Origin: Reclinomonas americana ATCC 50394
Lineage: Eukaryota
Direction of reading: 5' to 3'
NCBI GenBank assembly: GCA_048213135.1
Contig: PS015010.1
Location: forward strand, 1,798,001 to 1,862,000
Length of the DNA stretch: 64,000 nt
Positions within the stretch are counted from its first letter, which is position 1; each line of letters opens with the position of its first letter. The position numbers and the translations under genes were made by a program. This document shows positions 18,768 through 29,012 of this stretch, in pieces. The notes below the pieces were generated by a model that was not told the DNA's origin, ran no database searches, and saw only the letters and a program-made list of their open reading frames with translations.

Positions 18768-19925
18768 TTACTCGGCCCAGCTCATCACATAACCTTCATT
18801 TTCGATGCCGATTGCATCTACGGTCAGTTGCAGCGGGTGAAAAGTGTCTACCATTACCGCCAGTTCCTTTGTTTCTTTGGCGCCGATGCTTTTTTTAACA
18901 GCGCCGGGATGCGGCCCGTGCGGAATACCAGCGGGATGCAGGGTGATCATACCCCGGGTCACGTTCTTACGGCTCATGAAATCCCCGTCCACATAGTACA
19001 ATACTTCATCACTGTCAATATTGCTGTGGTTGTAAGGGGCAGGTATCGCTTCGGGGTGATAGTCGAATAACCGCGGGCAGAAAGAACACACCACGAAATT
19101 ATTCGCTTCAAACGTCTGGTGTACCGGTGGCGGCTGGTGTACCCTGCCGGTAATAGGTTCAAAATCGTGAATGGAAAAAGCGAAAGGATAACAGCACCCG
19201 TCCCACCCGATCACATCAAAAGGATGGTGGGCATAATGAATGCCATACAGCATGCCTTTCTTTTTTGTTTTGATAAGAAAATCACCCGCCTCATCAAAAG
19301 TTTGCAGGTTATGCGGCGCCCTGATGTCCCTTTCACAATAAGGTGAATGCTCCAGCAGCTGACCGTATTTGCTCAGGTAGCGTTTGGGGTAGCGGATCGG
19401 GCTGAAAGATTCTACAATAAAGAGCCGGTTATCCGTTGTGTTAAAATCAATCTGATAAATAGTACCTCTTGGAATTAAGAGATAGTCGCCATAGGCAAAA
19501 TCCAGCTGACCGTACTGCGTTTTAAGTACCCCGCTCCCTTCGTGCACAAAGATCATTTCATCGGCATCAGCGTTCTTATAAAAATAACCGGACATACTTT
19601 CCTGTGGTGCGGCCAGTACAATGTGGCAGTCGTTATTCACCAGCACAGGCTTGCGGCTTTGCAGGAAATCCTTTTCCGGTTTAATCTTAAACCCTTCCAG
19701 GCTGCGGTGCATCAGCATTTTTTCTTCGGCCACCACGGGCTGTACATTTACAGGCGTATCGGTTTTGATGATCTCGGTGGGCGGGTAATTGTGGTACAAT
19801 ATGGAGTAGTCGTTACTGAAACCCTCGGTGCTGAACAATTGTTCTGAATACAGTTCGCCATCGGGTTTGCGGAACTGTGTATGACGTTTATGGGGTATGT
19901 TACCCAAACTATGATAATGCGGCAT
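18768..19925 (-). CDS. hmgA: Homogentisate 1,2-dioxygenase
   Basis: NADADE, HPFDVIGWDG, HQPPPVH, PYNHSNIDSDE, LHPAGIPHGP. Confidence 0.95.
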   Translation of the reverse strand: MPHYHSLGNIPHKRHTQFRKPDGELYSEQLFSTEGFSNDYSILYHNYPPTEIIKTDTPVNVQPVVAEEKMLMHRSLEGFKIKPEKDFLQSRKPVLVNNDCHIVLAAPQESMSGYFYKNADADEMIFVHEGSGVLKTQYGQLDFAYGDYLLIPRGTIYQIDFNTTDNRLFIVESFSPIRYPKRYLSKYGQLLEHSPYCERDIRAPHNLQTFDEAGDFLIKTKKKGMLYGIHYAHHPFDVIGWDGCCYPFAFSIHDFEPITGRVHQPPPVHQTFEANNFVVCSFCPRLFDYHPEAIPAPYNHSNIDSDEVLYYVDGDFMSRKNVTRGMITLHPAGIPHGPHPGAVKKSIGAKETKELAVMVDTFHPLQLTVDAIGIENEGYVMSWAE

Positions 19926-20138
19926 GATAATAATTTGAAAATTTGAAAATGGCTCGATTTGAAAATGCGGATGAAACCGTTATCCGGTATCCCATATCCT
20001 CAATCAATACCCCTTACACAGGGCCAGCATCAGGAAATAGTATTTCCAGTCCCGCTTGTCGATATAATAAGTGAAGTTGCGGTGGAATGGCATATGCTGC
20101 AATTGTTCCTGTAAATTTACGGCTAAATATTGATACAC

Positions 20139-20633
20139 TTGACCAGGATCGGACTGATAGCGGATACACACGGGTTTCTTGATGAGACGGTAGCCCTCCA
20201 TTTTAAGGATTGCGACGAGATATGGCATGCCGGCGATTTTGGCGAAGGCGGCGTCATTGAATCGCTGCGGCAGATCAAGCCTTTACGCGGTGTATACGGC
20301 AATATCGACAGCGCCCTTATCCGCCCCCATTTCCCGGAGCAGCTGGTGTTTTATTGCGAAGATGTAAAAGTGATGATGCGGCATATCGGAGGCTATCCGC
20401 CCAGGTATAATCCCGCTACAAAAAAAGAACTGCTGTTGCACCGGCCCAGCCTGTTCATCAGCGGGCACTCCCATATCCTGAAAGTGATGTACGACGATGC
20501 ACTTCAGTGCCTGCATATGAACCCCGGCGCTGCGGGTAAACAGGGATGGCATAAGGTACGTACACTGATCCGTTTTGTTGTTGACGGGAAGAATATGAAG
20601 GATTGTGAGGTGATAGAGTTAGGGGGCAGGTAA
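20139..20633 (+). CDS. YfcE-like metallophosphoesterase
   Basis: DTH, HAGD, GNID, GHSH and NPG motifs; TTG start (20130 alternative). Confidence 0.9.
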   Translation: MTRIGLIADTHGFLDETVALHFKDCDEIWHAGDFGEGGVIESLRQIKPLRGVYGNIDSALIRPHFPEQLVFYCEDVKVMMRHIGGYPPRYNPATKKELLLHRPSLFISGHSHILKVMYDDALQCLHMNPGAAGKQGWHKVRTLIRFVVDGKNMKDCEVIELGGR

Positions 20634-20777
20634 TTACGAATTATCAATTACGAATTTTATCCTGAGCGAAACGAAGGATCTCTATGGAACGATGGATTAC
20701 ACCGCAGAGAAAGAAGGCCGCGGAGGTTACGCGGAGCATCTTCACATCAACCCATCTCCAAATCATCACATTAAATT
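20631..20777. repeat. Composite spacer of several short repeat types plus REP-like hairpin
   Basis: AATTACG repeats, ATCCTGAGCGAAACGAAGGAT hairpin, CGCAGAG/CGCGGAG repeats, TCACAT/TCCAAAT repeats. Confidence 0.6.
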
Positions 20778-20778
20778 A

Positions 20779-21531
20779 TTACTTCCCGCCGTTGGCAGTA
20801 AGATCTGCCCTGCAATTGGCATCCAGTACCGGGATGTTGCCTGTTGACAAAGGTCCCATGATATCGGTGACCTGTGCCTGGTAATACATCAGGCAGGCGG
20901 TATTGGAACAGTGTTTGGCGTGTGCGCCGTCTTCGTGGGTGGTCTGCATGGCAGACCCGAGGTTAACAAGGCCGAGTATATGTCCCATCTCGTGCTCCAG
21001 CACGGTGGTCTCCAGTTTGGTTCGTGTGGGTTTCCCCAGTCCGCCGGAATTGTCCACGATCTTCCTGCCGAATAAAGCCATGGAGGTATTCCTGTAGGCG
21101 TAACCCAGCACATTGGAAGTGGTGTAATTTCCGTCGAGGTAAAGAAAATGTATGCCCAGTTGCGTGCCTGATGTGTATACGGTGCGGTTATCTTTCTCCA
21201 GTGCCGCCACATCCGCATCGCTGTATACCGTTTTACCACCGGATGCGATCCCCGTTTGTACGACACTTATGCCACCGGGCTTATTGCAAAGCAGGTTGAT
21301 AAATGCCACGAGATTGTTTACCGATGCCGCGTCGGGCTGAACACCGGGCATGTACTGTATCTCGATGGTAACAGAGTTGTAGCGGGAAGCGCTCAAAAGA
21401 TCATTGGCAGATGCGCCGATGGCCTTTTTGTTTTCGCTGTAAACCGCTGAGCTGCTGTCGGTTTTGGAACAACCTGCAGCAAATACAAGGAATAAGGAAA
21501 TGGAAATAAAGCGGGTGGCCAGTTTGGTCAT
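20779..21531 (-). CDS. Zinc metalloprotease lipoprotein (zincin)
   Basis: Lipobox AAGC; HEMGHILGL; HC..ACLMY Met-turn-like motif. Confidence 0.8.
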   Translation of the reverse strand: MTKLATRFISISLFLVFAAGCSKTDSSSAVYSENKKAIGASANDLLSASRYNSVTIEIQYMPGVQPDAASVNNLVAFINLLCNKPGGISVVQTGIASGGKTVYSDADVAALEKDNRTVYTSGTQLGIHFLYLDGNYTTSNVLGYAYRNTSMALFGRKIVDNSGGLGKPTRTKLETTVLEHEMGHILGLVNLGSAMQTTHEDGAHAKHCSNTACLMYYQAQVTDIMGPLSTGNIPVLDANCRADLTANGGK

Positions 21532-21621
21532 ATCACTGGTTTCCGCACCCTACGAAAATATCGTGCCACAATTTGCAGAACGGAAAAAAATCGGGAAAAG
21601 AATTTCGGATCCGGCTTCTTT

Positions 21622-22728
21622 TTATTCTACCCAATCGGCGATAAAAATATTGGTATCCCTTGTGCCGCCGTTGTTACGGTTGCTGCAGAAGATGATCTTT
21701 TTACCGTCTGGACTGAACATAGGAAAAGCGTCGAATGATCTTTCCTGGGAGATCTTTTCGAGACCGCTGCCATCTTCATTAATGGTATACAGGTTGAAAG
21801 GAAATCCGCGTTTGCTCTGGTGGTTGCTGGCGAAAATAATGCGTTTGCTGTCAGGCATATAGGCCGGCGCCCAGTTGGCATTGCCGAAATGCGTTACCTG
21901 CCTGATGTTGGAGCCATCGGCATTGGCGATGTACACTTCCATATTGGTAGGTGCTACCAGGTTCTCGGCGAGCAGCTCTTTGTATTCTTTTACATCGGCC
22001 TCTGTTTTTGGCCTGCTTGCCCTCCAGATGACCTTGGTACCATCGGGACTGAACCAGGCACCGCCGTCATATCCGAGTTCATTAGTGATCTTTTTTTCTT
22101 TGCCGCTTTTCAGGTCCATGATATACAGATCAATATCTCCGTCTTTGGTGCTGGTGTAAATCATTTTTTTACCGTCGGGGCTCAGGGTTGCTTCCGCGTC
22201 GTAGCCTTTGCTTTTGGTAAGTTGTTTAACAATTTTACCATTCAGATCGGCCATGAAAATATCCATGGAGTTGTACAATGGCCAGATGTATTTATTGCCA
22301 TATTTTTTACGATCAGGAACCGGCGGGCAACTGTCAGCCGCCAGGTGTGTGCTGGCATAGATCACGTGTTTGCCGTCTTTTGTAAAAGCGCCGCAGGTAG
22401 TACGACCGGTGCCGGTGCTTACCAGTTTGGGTTCAAATTTTTCATCGGGTGATGTGGGTACCTTACCGATCCACATCTGGTCACACATAATACCTTCTTT
22501 AGGATTGGTTTTCTGGAAGATGATCCATTTACCGTCGAAGCTGAAATAGGCTTCGGCATTGTCGCCACCAAAAGTGAGCTGCCTTACATTGGCAAAATGT
22601 TTTTCACCGGCAAAATGAATGCTGTCATTCAGCGGTTGAAAGGTTGTACCGGCAGAATGCCTGCTGGTAAAGGATAACAGGGAAATACCTGCAATAGCCG
22701 TGGCGGATAAAAGGGTCCATTTTTTCAT
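21622..22728 (-). CDS. TolB-like PD40-repeat beta-propeller protein
   Basis: Signal peptide from 22728; repeated FSPDG motifs. Confidence 0.88.
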   Translation of the reverse strand: MKKWTLLSATAIAGISLLSFTSRHSAGTTFQPLNDSIHFAGEKHFANVRQLTFGGDNAEAYFSFDGKWIIFQKTNPKEGIMCDQMWIGKVPTSPDEKFEPKLVSTGTGRTTCGAFTKDGKHVIYASTHLAADSCPPVPDRKKYGNKYIWPLYNSMDIFMADLNGKIVKQLTKSKGYDAEATLSPDGKKMIYTSTKDGDIDLYIMDLKSGKEKKITNELGYDGGAWFSPDGTKVIWRASRPKTEADVKEYKELLAENLVAPTNMEVYIANADGSNIRQVTHFGNANWAPAYMPDSKRIIFASNHQSKRGFPFNLYTINEDGSGLEKISQERSFDAFPMFSPDGKKIIFCSNRNNGGTRDTNIFIADWVE

Positions 22729-22745
22729 CTTCTCGAATTTGGCGG

Positions 22746-22753
22746 CAAAGTTA
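22746..22753 (-). promoter_or_regulatory. -7 promoter box
   Basis: TAACTTTG 17 nt upstream of ATG 22728. Confidence 0.6.
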
Positions 22754-22822
22754 CCAGATGACCACCTCCCGATTGTCAGGAAATTGTCATTCCCCTTATT
22801 CTGAAGTTCCCTAAATAGACTG

Positions 22823-22830
22823 TATTTTTG
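22823..22830 (+). promoter_or_regulatory. -7 promoter box (divergent)
   Basis: TATTTTTG 8 nt upstream of ATG 22839. Confidence 0.6.
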
Positions 22831-22838
22831 CAGCAGCA

Positions 22839-23636
22839 ATGAAACAACTGACCTTTTTTGTACTGACCCTGCTGGTCATTTCCTGCAATAACAACCATAG
22901 TGATCAACCTGCTGCAAAGCCTGATAACCTTTCTGCACGTGAAAAAGAACTGAGGGCCGCTATCGCACAACATCCCGACTCATTGATCCTGACTGAAAAT
23001 CTTGTACAGTACTTCCGGGAGAACGGCAATTACGATATGGCCATCGCCGAAACCAATAAGGCCATTGCCAAAGACAGCAATAACCCGAGGCTCTGGGACA
23101 TCAAAGCCAATCTTCATTTTGAGGATGGCGATACCAGCAACGCGATACACGCTTTTGAAAAAGCGATCGACATCTTTCCCAACCCGGAATACATCATGGC
23201 GCTGGGTTCCATTTATGCGCAAACACGCAACCCGCAAGCCCTGGTCATGGCCGATGCCCTGCTCATTGGAGGAAAAGCCCGTGCTGATAAAGAAGCCATC
23301 TTTATCAAAGGCCTGTATTATACATATACCGGTGATAAAGCCAAAGCCATCGCTTACTTCGACCAGTGTATGAAAATGGATTATACTTTCATGCTGGCTT
23401 ACCGCGAAAAAGGTATTGCCCTGTATGATAGCGGCAAATACCAGGAAGCGCTGGATGTGCTGGAAAAAGCAATAACGGTGCAAAACAGTTATGACGAAGC
23501 CTATTACTGGGCCGGCCGCTGCCTGGAAAAACTGGGCCGCAGCGCCGATGCTGTGGAAGCTTATAAAACAGCGCTGGCTTACAGTCCTGATTATATTGAA
23601 GCACGGGATGCTTTGTCGAGACTGGGTGCGAAGTAA
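22839..23636 (+). CDS. TPR-repeat lipoprotein
   Basis: Lipobox VISC; multiple TPR consensus repeats. Confidence 0.88.
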   Translation: MKQLTFFVLTLLVISCNNNHSDQPAAKPDNLSAREKELRAAIAQHPDSLILTENLVQYFRENGNYDMAIAETNKAIAKDSNNPRLWDIKANLHFEDGDTSNAIHAFEKAIDIFPNPEYIMALGSIYAQTRNPQALVMADALLIGGKARADKEAIFIKGLYYTYTGDKAKAIAYFDQCMKMDYTFMLAYREKGIALYDSGKYQEALDVLEKAITVQNSYDEAYYWAGRCLEKLGRSADAVEAYKTALAYSPDYIEARDALSRLGAK

Positions 23637-23700
23637 TTAATTACGAATGATATTGCGGCTTAAGATTTAAAATTTATTATTTAGAATTTAATATTACAAT

Positions 23701-24348
23701 ATGCCACTGATTGCCCCTTCTCTTTTATCTGCCAACTTTCTTGATCTTACTGCTGACTGTAAAATGCTGAACGAAAGCCAGGCCGACTGGTATCACCTGG
23801 ATGTGATGGACGGACGCTTTGTTCCCAACATCAGTTTTGGGCCGATGCTGGTGGAGTTTTTCAGGAAAGCAACAACCAAGGTTTGCGATGTTCATTTAAT
23901 GATAGAAGAACCGGGCAATTACGCGGAAGCCTTTAAAAAAGCCGGCGCTGATAACCTTACTGTACACATAGAAGCCTGCACCCACCTGCACCGCAACATA
24001 CAGCAGATCAAATCGCTGGGCATGAATGCAGGCGTAGCCGTTAACCCGCACACGCCTGTAGAAGCGCTTAAAGATATTTTGCACGACATTGACCTGGTTT
24101 GCCTGATGAGCGTAAACCCCGGCTTTGGTGGACAGGCTTTCATTCCTCATACCATCGAAAAAATAAAAACGCTGCGCAGGATGATTGATGAACGTTCGCT
24201 TGATGTGAAGATCGAGATCGACGGTGGGGTTACGCTGGACAATGCCAGGGCTATCATCGCGGCAGGCGCTGATGTGCTGGTAGCCGGCAACACGGTCTTT
24301 AAATCCGCAGACCCGGCAGCAACCATCGCGGCGCTTAAAGCTATTTAG
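23701..24348 (+). CDS. rpe: Ribulose-phosphate 3-epimerase
   Basis: APSLLSA, HLDVMDGRFVPN, MSVNPGFGGQ, IDGG. Confidence 0.98.
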   Translation: MPLIAPSLLSANFLDLTADCKMLNESQADWYHLDVMDGRFVPNISFGPMLVEFFRKATTKVCDVHLMIEEPGNYAEAFKKAGADNLTVHIEACTHLHRNIQQIKSLGMNAGVAVNPHTPVEALKDILHDIDLVCLMSVNPGFGGQAFIPHTIEKIKTLRRMIDERSLDVKIEIDGGVTLDNARAIIAAGADVLVAGNTVFKSADPAATIAALKAI

Positions 24349-24376
24349 TATCGGGATCCCTGGTTGAAACGCATGC

Positions 24377-25276
24377 TCAGAGCGAATCGGTCATTTTTTC
24401 CATCTGACGCAATACGCCTGCATTCAGCACAAGCCAGTTCTCATCTTTATCACCCCATTTGTATTTTTTGCTGATGAGGCGGTCCATGAATTCGTAGGCC
24501 CGGTCTGCATCTTTAGCATTATAAAAAATGGCTTCCCAGCTTTTTTCAAGGTCTTCTTTCTTTTGCAGGTGAATGCCACCAGCATACCATTTGAGACAAC
24601 CGGGTAATCCGTAAAAAGAAATGTCCGCTGAATTGCGGTGATGATTATCGGTATACAGCAGGTAATAAAAATGAAGACAGCCTTTCAACCGTTTAAGAAG
24701 TTCCGCGTCAGTTTCAGACGACCTGGCCGGCTCCCGCCAGCGCATGTTATCCGCGTAAAAAGGATCATCAGCCTTATTTTTATTCACCAGTCCATCCGCC
24801 TTATAGTATACATTCTTCGCTCCTTCTTCCTGCTTTTTCAACACCAGTTCATCAAAGGATATGGCCATGATCTTATAGATGGTGGTTGATCCTTTAAAAG
24901 TCATGTAAATGAGTTTGTTCTTTTCGTCAAGATTCCAGGTACCGATCTCCATATGGTCACGCGGATCTTTTACCGCATAACTGTTCTCATACAAATAGAA
25001 TCCCCGCAGGGGCAGTTCCAGTTTGCTGCCGTAGCCGCTTGCCCTTATCGATTCATCATCGTCTTTATTATCCCATCGCTGCGCCAGCAGTTGCGCCATA
25101 TTTTCCGAGGTTGAAATATCAGTAATGGAATCCTTATTGATACCCTTCCTGTCGCCGGCCTTGTAAGAGATCGTCGTTTCTTCCTTTTTATCGCTTTTTG
25201 GGCTGCTGCATTCTGTAAGCATAACGATGCCCAGCACCGCGGACAGCCATTTTCCCGCCTGTAAAACACTTTTCAT
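24377..25276 (-). CDS. Hypothetical putative lipoprotein
   Basis: Likely start MKSVLQ at 25276; hydrophobic leader ending in Cys (LTEC). Confidence 0.7.
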   Translation of the reverse strand: MKSVLQAGKWLSAVLGIVMLTECSSPKSDKKEETTISYKAGDRKGINKDSITDISTSENMAQLLAQRWDNKDDDESIRASGYGSKLELPLRGFYLYENSYAVKDPRDHMEIGTWNLDEKNKLIYMTFKGSTTIYKIMAISFDELVLKKQEEGAKNVYYKADGLVNKNKADDPFYADNMRWREPARSSETDAELLKRLKGCLHFYYLLYTDNHHRNSADISFYGLPGCLKWYAGGIHLQKKEDLEKSWEAIFYNAKDADRAYEFMDRLISKKYKWGDKDENWLVLNAGVLRQMEKMTDSL

Positions 25277-25339
25277 TATTATCAAATTAAGTCTGCAAAG
25301 GTTGGCGAATATACCCCTAAAATCTTTTACCTTCATAGC

Positions 25340-27841
25340 ATGAGAAAATTGGCGGTTGTTTTATGTATCCTCCTGTCGGTTTCAGCGGTTGCACAAAAGA
25401 AATTTGCCTGGGTTACCGGTAAAGTGATCGATGAAAACGAGAATCCGAAAGCTAACGTATCCATTGTCATCCTGGGCAGGAACAGCGGTATCAGCAGTAA
25501 CGACAGTGGTTATTTCCGTATCAAAGTGCAGGCCGATAAAGCCTTCGCCCTGGTATTCACACATGCCGGGTATGGAGAGGTGCAAAAGAATTTTTTACTC
25601 AGCGAGAACGAAGAAGAAAAAATAACCGTACGCATGGAACCCGGCCAGAAAACCCTCGAAGGGGTTGTGGTAACCGACGAGCGGGAACGCAGGGAAACAG
25701 GCCTCACCAAAATCAATCCAAAAAATGCCATCGTTCTGCCCAGCACCACCGGTGGTGTGGAAGGGCTTATCAAAATACTGGTAGGCAGCAATAATGAACT
25801 GTCTTCCCAATACAGTGTTCGTGGCGGCAACTATGATGAGAACCTGATCTACCTGAACGACTTCGAAGTTTTCCGCCCATATCTTGTCCGCAGCGGCCAG
25901 CAGGAAGGCCTCAGTTTCATCAATCCCGAACTGGCGAGGAATGTGAATTTTTACAATGGTGGTTTCCAGGCCCGCTATGGCGATAAGATGAGCAGCGTGC
26001 TGGATGTACAGTATAAAAAACCGGCCCGCTTTGGCGGCTCCGTTTATGTAAGCCTGCTGGAGCAGGGCCTTCACCTGGAAGGCAGTGATAAAAAAGGAAG
26101 GGCCACTTACCTGTTTGGCGTACGCAACCGCAGTAACCGCAATCTCCTTAGCAGCCAGGAAACGACCGGTTCCTATATACCCTCTTCATCCGATGTACAG
26201 GGTTTCGTTACTTATAAACTCAGCAGCAAATGGCAGATGGAGTTCCTGGGTAATCTGTCGGTAACCCGTTTCAAATTATATCCTGAATCCGCTCAAAAAT
26301 CGGTTTCTGTTTTTTCACCTTTGTTCACCGTGAACCTCGGGCTTGATATCAATTTCGAAGGACAGGAACGCGACAATTACAAAACCAACCTGGTGGGCCT
26401 GAGCCTGGTGCATACACCCAACAAAAAGCTGCGCCTGAAATGGATGCTCAGCCGGTTCCAGGATAAAGAGCAAGAGCGTTTCGACATTGCCGGTTCTTAC
26501 TTATTTGGCGACAGGGATTTTGATAACACCAGCAGCACTTACGGACAGATCATTAACCCGCTGGGCGCCGGTTATTACCAGAACTACGGCCGCAACGAAC
26601 TTGACATCATCGTATACAATGCCAGTGTAAAAGGCAGTTATGATATGGGCAGGCATTTTCTGCAATTCGGCAACAGCATCGAACAAACCAATATCAATGA
26701 CAAGCTGAAAGAATGGGAGTACCAGGACAGTGCCGGTTATTCTCTTCCCTATAATCCCGCTCAACTGAACCTGTACCGCTTTCTTAATTCAACTGCCGAT
26801 CTTTCGATACAGAAATACAGCGGTTACATCCAGGACAATATCCGCCTGGGCGACAGCAGCCGCGACATTACCCTGCAGGCCGGCGTTCGTTATAATTATA
26901 ATTCGCTGAATAAGGAGTTCCTCATCAGCCCCCGGGTACAATTGAGTTTTAAACCACGCTGGAAAAGAGATGTGGTGTTCAAACTGGCGGCCGGCGCTTA
27001 TAACCAGCCTCCCTTCTACCGTGAACTGCGCCGTTTTGACGGCACGCTGAATACAGATGTGAAAGCACAGAAGAGTTACCAGTTTGTTGCCGGAATGGAT
27101 TACAATTTCTCCGGCCTGGGTGGCCGCCCTTTCCGTCTGACCACCGAAGCCTATTATAAAAGTATACGTGATGTAGATGTATATGATGTAGATAATGTAA
27201 AGGTTCGCTATGCAGGTAACAACAACGCCAAAGCCTATGCCATGGGTTTTGAGGCCCGCCTGTTTGGTGAACTGGTGAAAGATGCGCAGAGCTGGGTAAG
27301 CATCGGGTTCATGCGCACACGTGAGAACCTCGACAATGACTACTATTACCAATACCTGAATGCAGCGGGAGAAATTATTAACTCGCACAGTACCGACCAG
27401 GTGCCGGCAGACAGCATACGTAACGATGTGGGCTGGGTTCGCCGCCCTACCGACAGGCTTATCACTTTTGGTTTGTACCTCGAAGATTACCTGCCGACGA
27501 ACAAAAATTTCAAGGTCCACCTCAACATGCTGTATGGCAGCAACATGAGTTATAATATTCCCAACAGTGTGAAGTACCGCAATGCGCTGACGATGGAACC
27601 TTATATCCGTGTCGACATCGGGTTCAGTGCGCAGTTGCTGAGCGAACGCTCCAAACGCAGGAGCCACAGCCCTTTCCGCAGTTTCCAGAACATCTGGGCC
27701 AGCTTTGAAGTCTTCAATCTTATCGACAGGCGCAACACCATTTCTTTCCAGCTGGTGAAAGATTTTGCGAATAATACTTACGCGATCCCGAACAGGCTGA
27801 CACCGAGACTGGTGAACTTTAAAATTGTAGGCCGGTTTTAA
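25340..27841 (+). CDS. TonB-dependent receptor
   Basis: Signal peptide, NNELSSQYSVRGGNYDEN plug, GGFQARYGDKMSSVLD, C-terminal Phe. Confidence 0.9.
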   Translation: MRKLAVVLCILLSVSAVAQKKFAWVTGKVIDENENPKANVSIVILGRNSGISSNDSGYFRIKVQADKAFALVFTHAGYGEVQKNFLLSENEEEKITVRMEPGQKTLEGVVVTDERERRETGLTKINPKNAIVLPSTTGGVEGLIKILVGSNNELSSQYSVRGGNYDENLIYLNDFEVFRPYLVRSGQQEGLSFINPELARNVNFYNGGFQARYGDKMSSVLDVQYKKPARFGGSVYVSLLEQGLHLEGSDKKGRATYLFGVRNRSNRNLLSSQETTGSYIPSSSDVQGFVTYKLSSKWQMEFLGNLSVTRFKLYPESAQKSVSVFSPLFTVNLGLDINFEGQERDNYKTNLVGLSLVHTPNKKLRLKWMLSRFQDKEQERFDIAGSYLFGDRDFDNTSSTYGQIINPLGAGYYQNYGRNELDIIVYNASVKGSYDMGRHFLQFGNSIEQTNINDKLKEWEYQDSAGYSLPYNPAQLNLYRFLNSTADLSIQKYSGYIQDNIRLGDSSRDITLQAGVRYNYNSLNKEFLISPRVQLSFKPRWKRDVVFKLAAGAYNQPPFYRELRRFDGTLNTDVKAQKSYQFVAGMDYNFSGLGGRPFRLTTEAYYKSIRDVDVYDVDNVKVRYAGNNNAKAYAMGFEARLFGELVKDAQSWVSIGFMRTRENLDNDYYYQYLNAAGEIINSHSTDQVPADSIRNDVGWVRRPTDRLITFGLYLEDYLPTNKNFKVHLNMLYGSNMSYNIPNSVKYRNALTMEPYIRVDIGFSAQLLSERSKRRSHSPFRSFQNIWASFEVFNLIDRRNTISFQLVKDFANNTYAIPNRLTPRLVNFKIVGRF

Positions 27842-27939
27842 CCGCTCAATGATGAGCCGGGCATAGTACGCCAGGAATATCCTTGTCAATCAGAGTTGAA
27901 CAATATACCCTTTATAACCTAAACCTCACACCCAACCTT

Positions 27940-28680
27940 ATGACCAGTACCAGCACACCTACCCGCATTACCGTAAGAGTGATTGCCAAAGGCGGAAAAT
28001 TTCTCGGCGCCGATATAGGCGGAGCATTGGTAACGATCCGCAATGCACAAACAGGAGAATTGTTAGCCAAAGGAAATACTTCAGGAGGATCGGGCATTAC
28101 AACGCTTATGGATGTTTCCATTACAAGGCAGGAACAATTACCGACAAAAGATGCATCTGCTTTCAACGTCACACTTCATCTTACAGAACCGGTATTGTTG
28201 AAAGTTACGGCAACCGGACCTGCAGCGGGATTACAATCGATAAATGAAGCATCCGCCACACAGTGGATGATACCCGGAAAAGATATCACAGGCGGCGACG
28301 GACTGCTGCTTGAACTTCCCGGCCTGCTCGTACAGGTACAATCACCGGCCACACATTTCAATGCAGGCGCCGCAGGTGTTAACAGTATTTCATTTGAAGC
28401 CAATGTTACTATGATGTGCGGATGCCCCATTACTGCGGCAGCACCATGGAAGAATACCGACTTTGAAGTTGGCGCCATCATCAGCATCCTCAATGCAGAC
28501 GGAACAACGGATACATTGGCAACTGTTCCGCTTCAGTTTACCGGCACCACCAGCCAGTTTACAGGACAATGGAATATACCCGGACCGGGATTTTATGAAG
28601 CTGTTGTATATGCTTATCAACCGGGCAATGGCAACAGCGGTATGGGTAAAGTGAGTTTCTTTATACAGCCTGCAACATGA
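27940..28680 (+). CDS. Hypothetical protein with MMCGCP motif
   Basis: ATG at 27940; VRVIAKGGKFLG and NVTMMCGCPI. Confidence 0.7.
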   Translation: MTSTSTPTRITVRVIAKGGKFLGADIGGALVTIRNAQTGELLAKGNTSGGSGITTLMDVSITRQEQLPTKDASAFNVTLHLTEPVLLKVTATGPAAGLQSINEASATQWMIPGKDITGGDGLLLELPGLLVQVQSPATHFNAGAAGVNSISFEANVTMMCGCPITAAAPWKNTDFEVGAIISILNADGTTDTLATVPLQFTGTTSQFTGQWNIPGPGFYEAVVYAYQPGNGNSGMGKVSFFIQPAT

Positions 28681-29012
28681 TAGCATCCTGCAATAACTGC
28701 ATACCATAATAACAGCTTGTATTATTGTTTCACAAGATTATGCCGAACAGGAAGATCATAATTGCTGCTGTAATTTTTCAGTTGCAGAAGCAATGTGTTT
28801 CATTAAATAGATAAGGATAAACAGTATAAACTAAATTTAACTTTTCCACTAAAAACCAGTCATTGTTAATAAGTAAATTTGCTATGTATCAGTTCCAATT
28901 GATTAAATTTGGAAAGGATAGTAAATAAGTACCGATAGCACATTGTTAACTAAGCGCTGCTATGAATAACCACAAGGGTGAAGAGCAGAAACAGCGCATA
29001 AACTGAAAACAA

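Noticed and set aside
26789..27889. 366-aa minus-strand ORF
   Set aside because: Antisense to the TonB receptor; shadow frame
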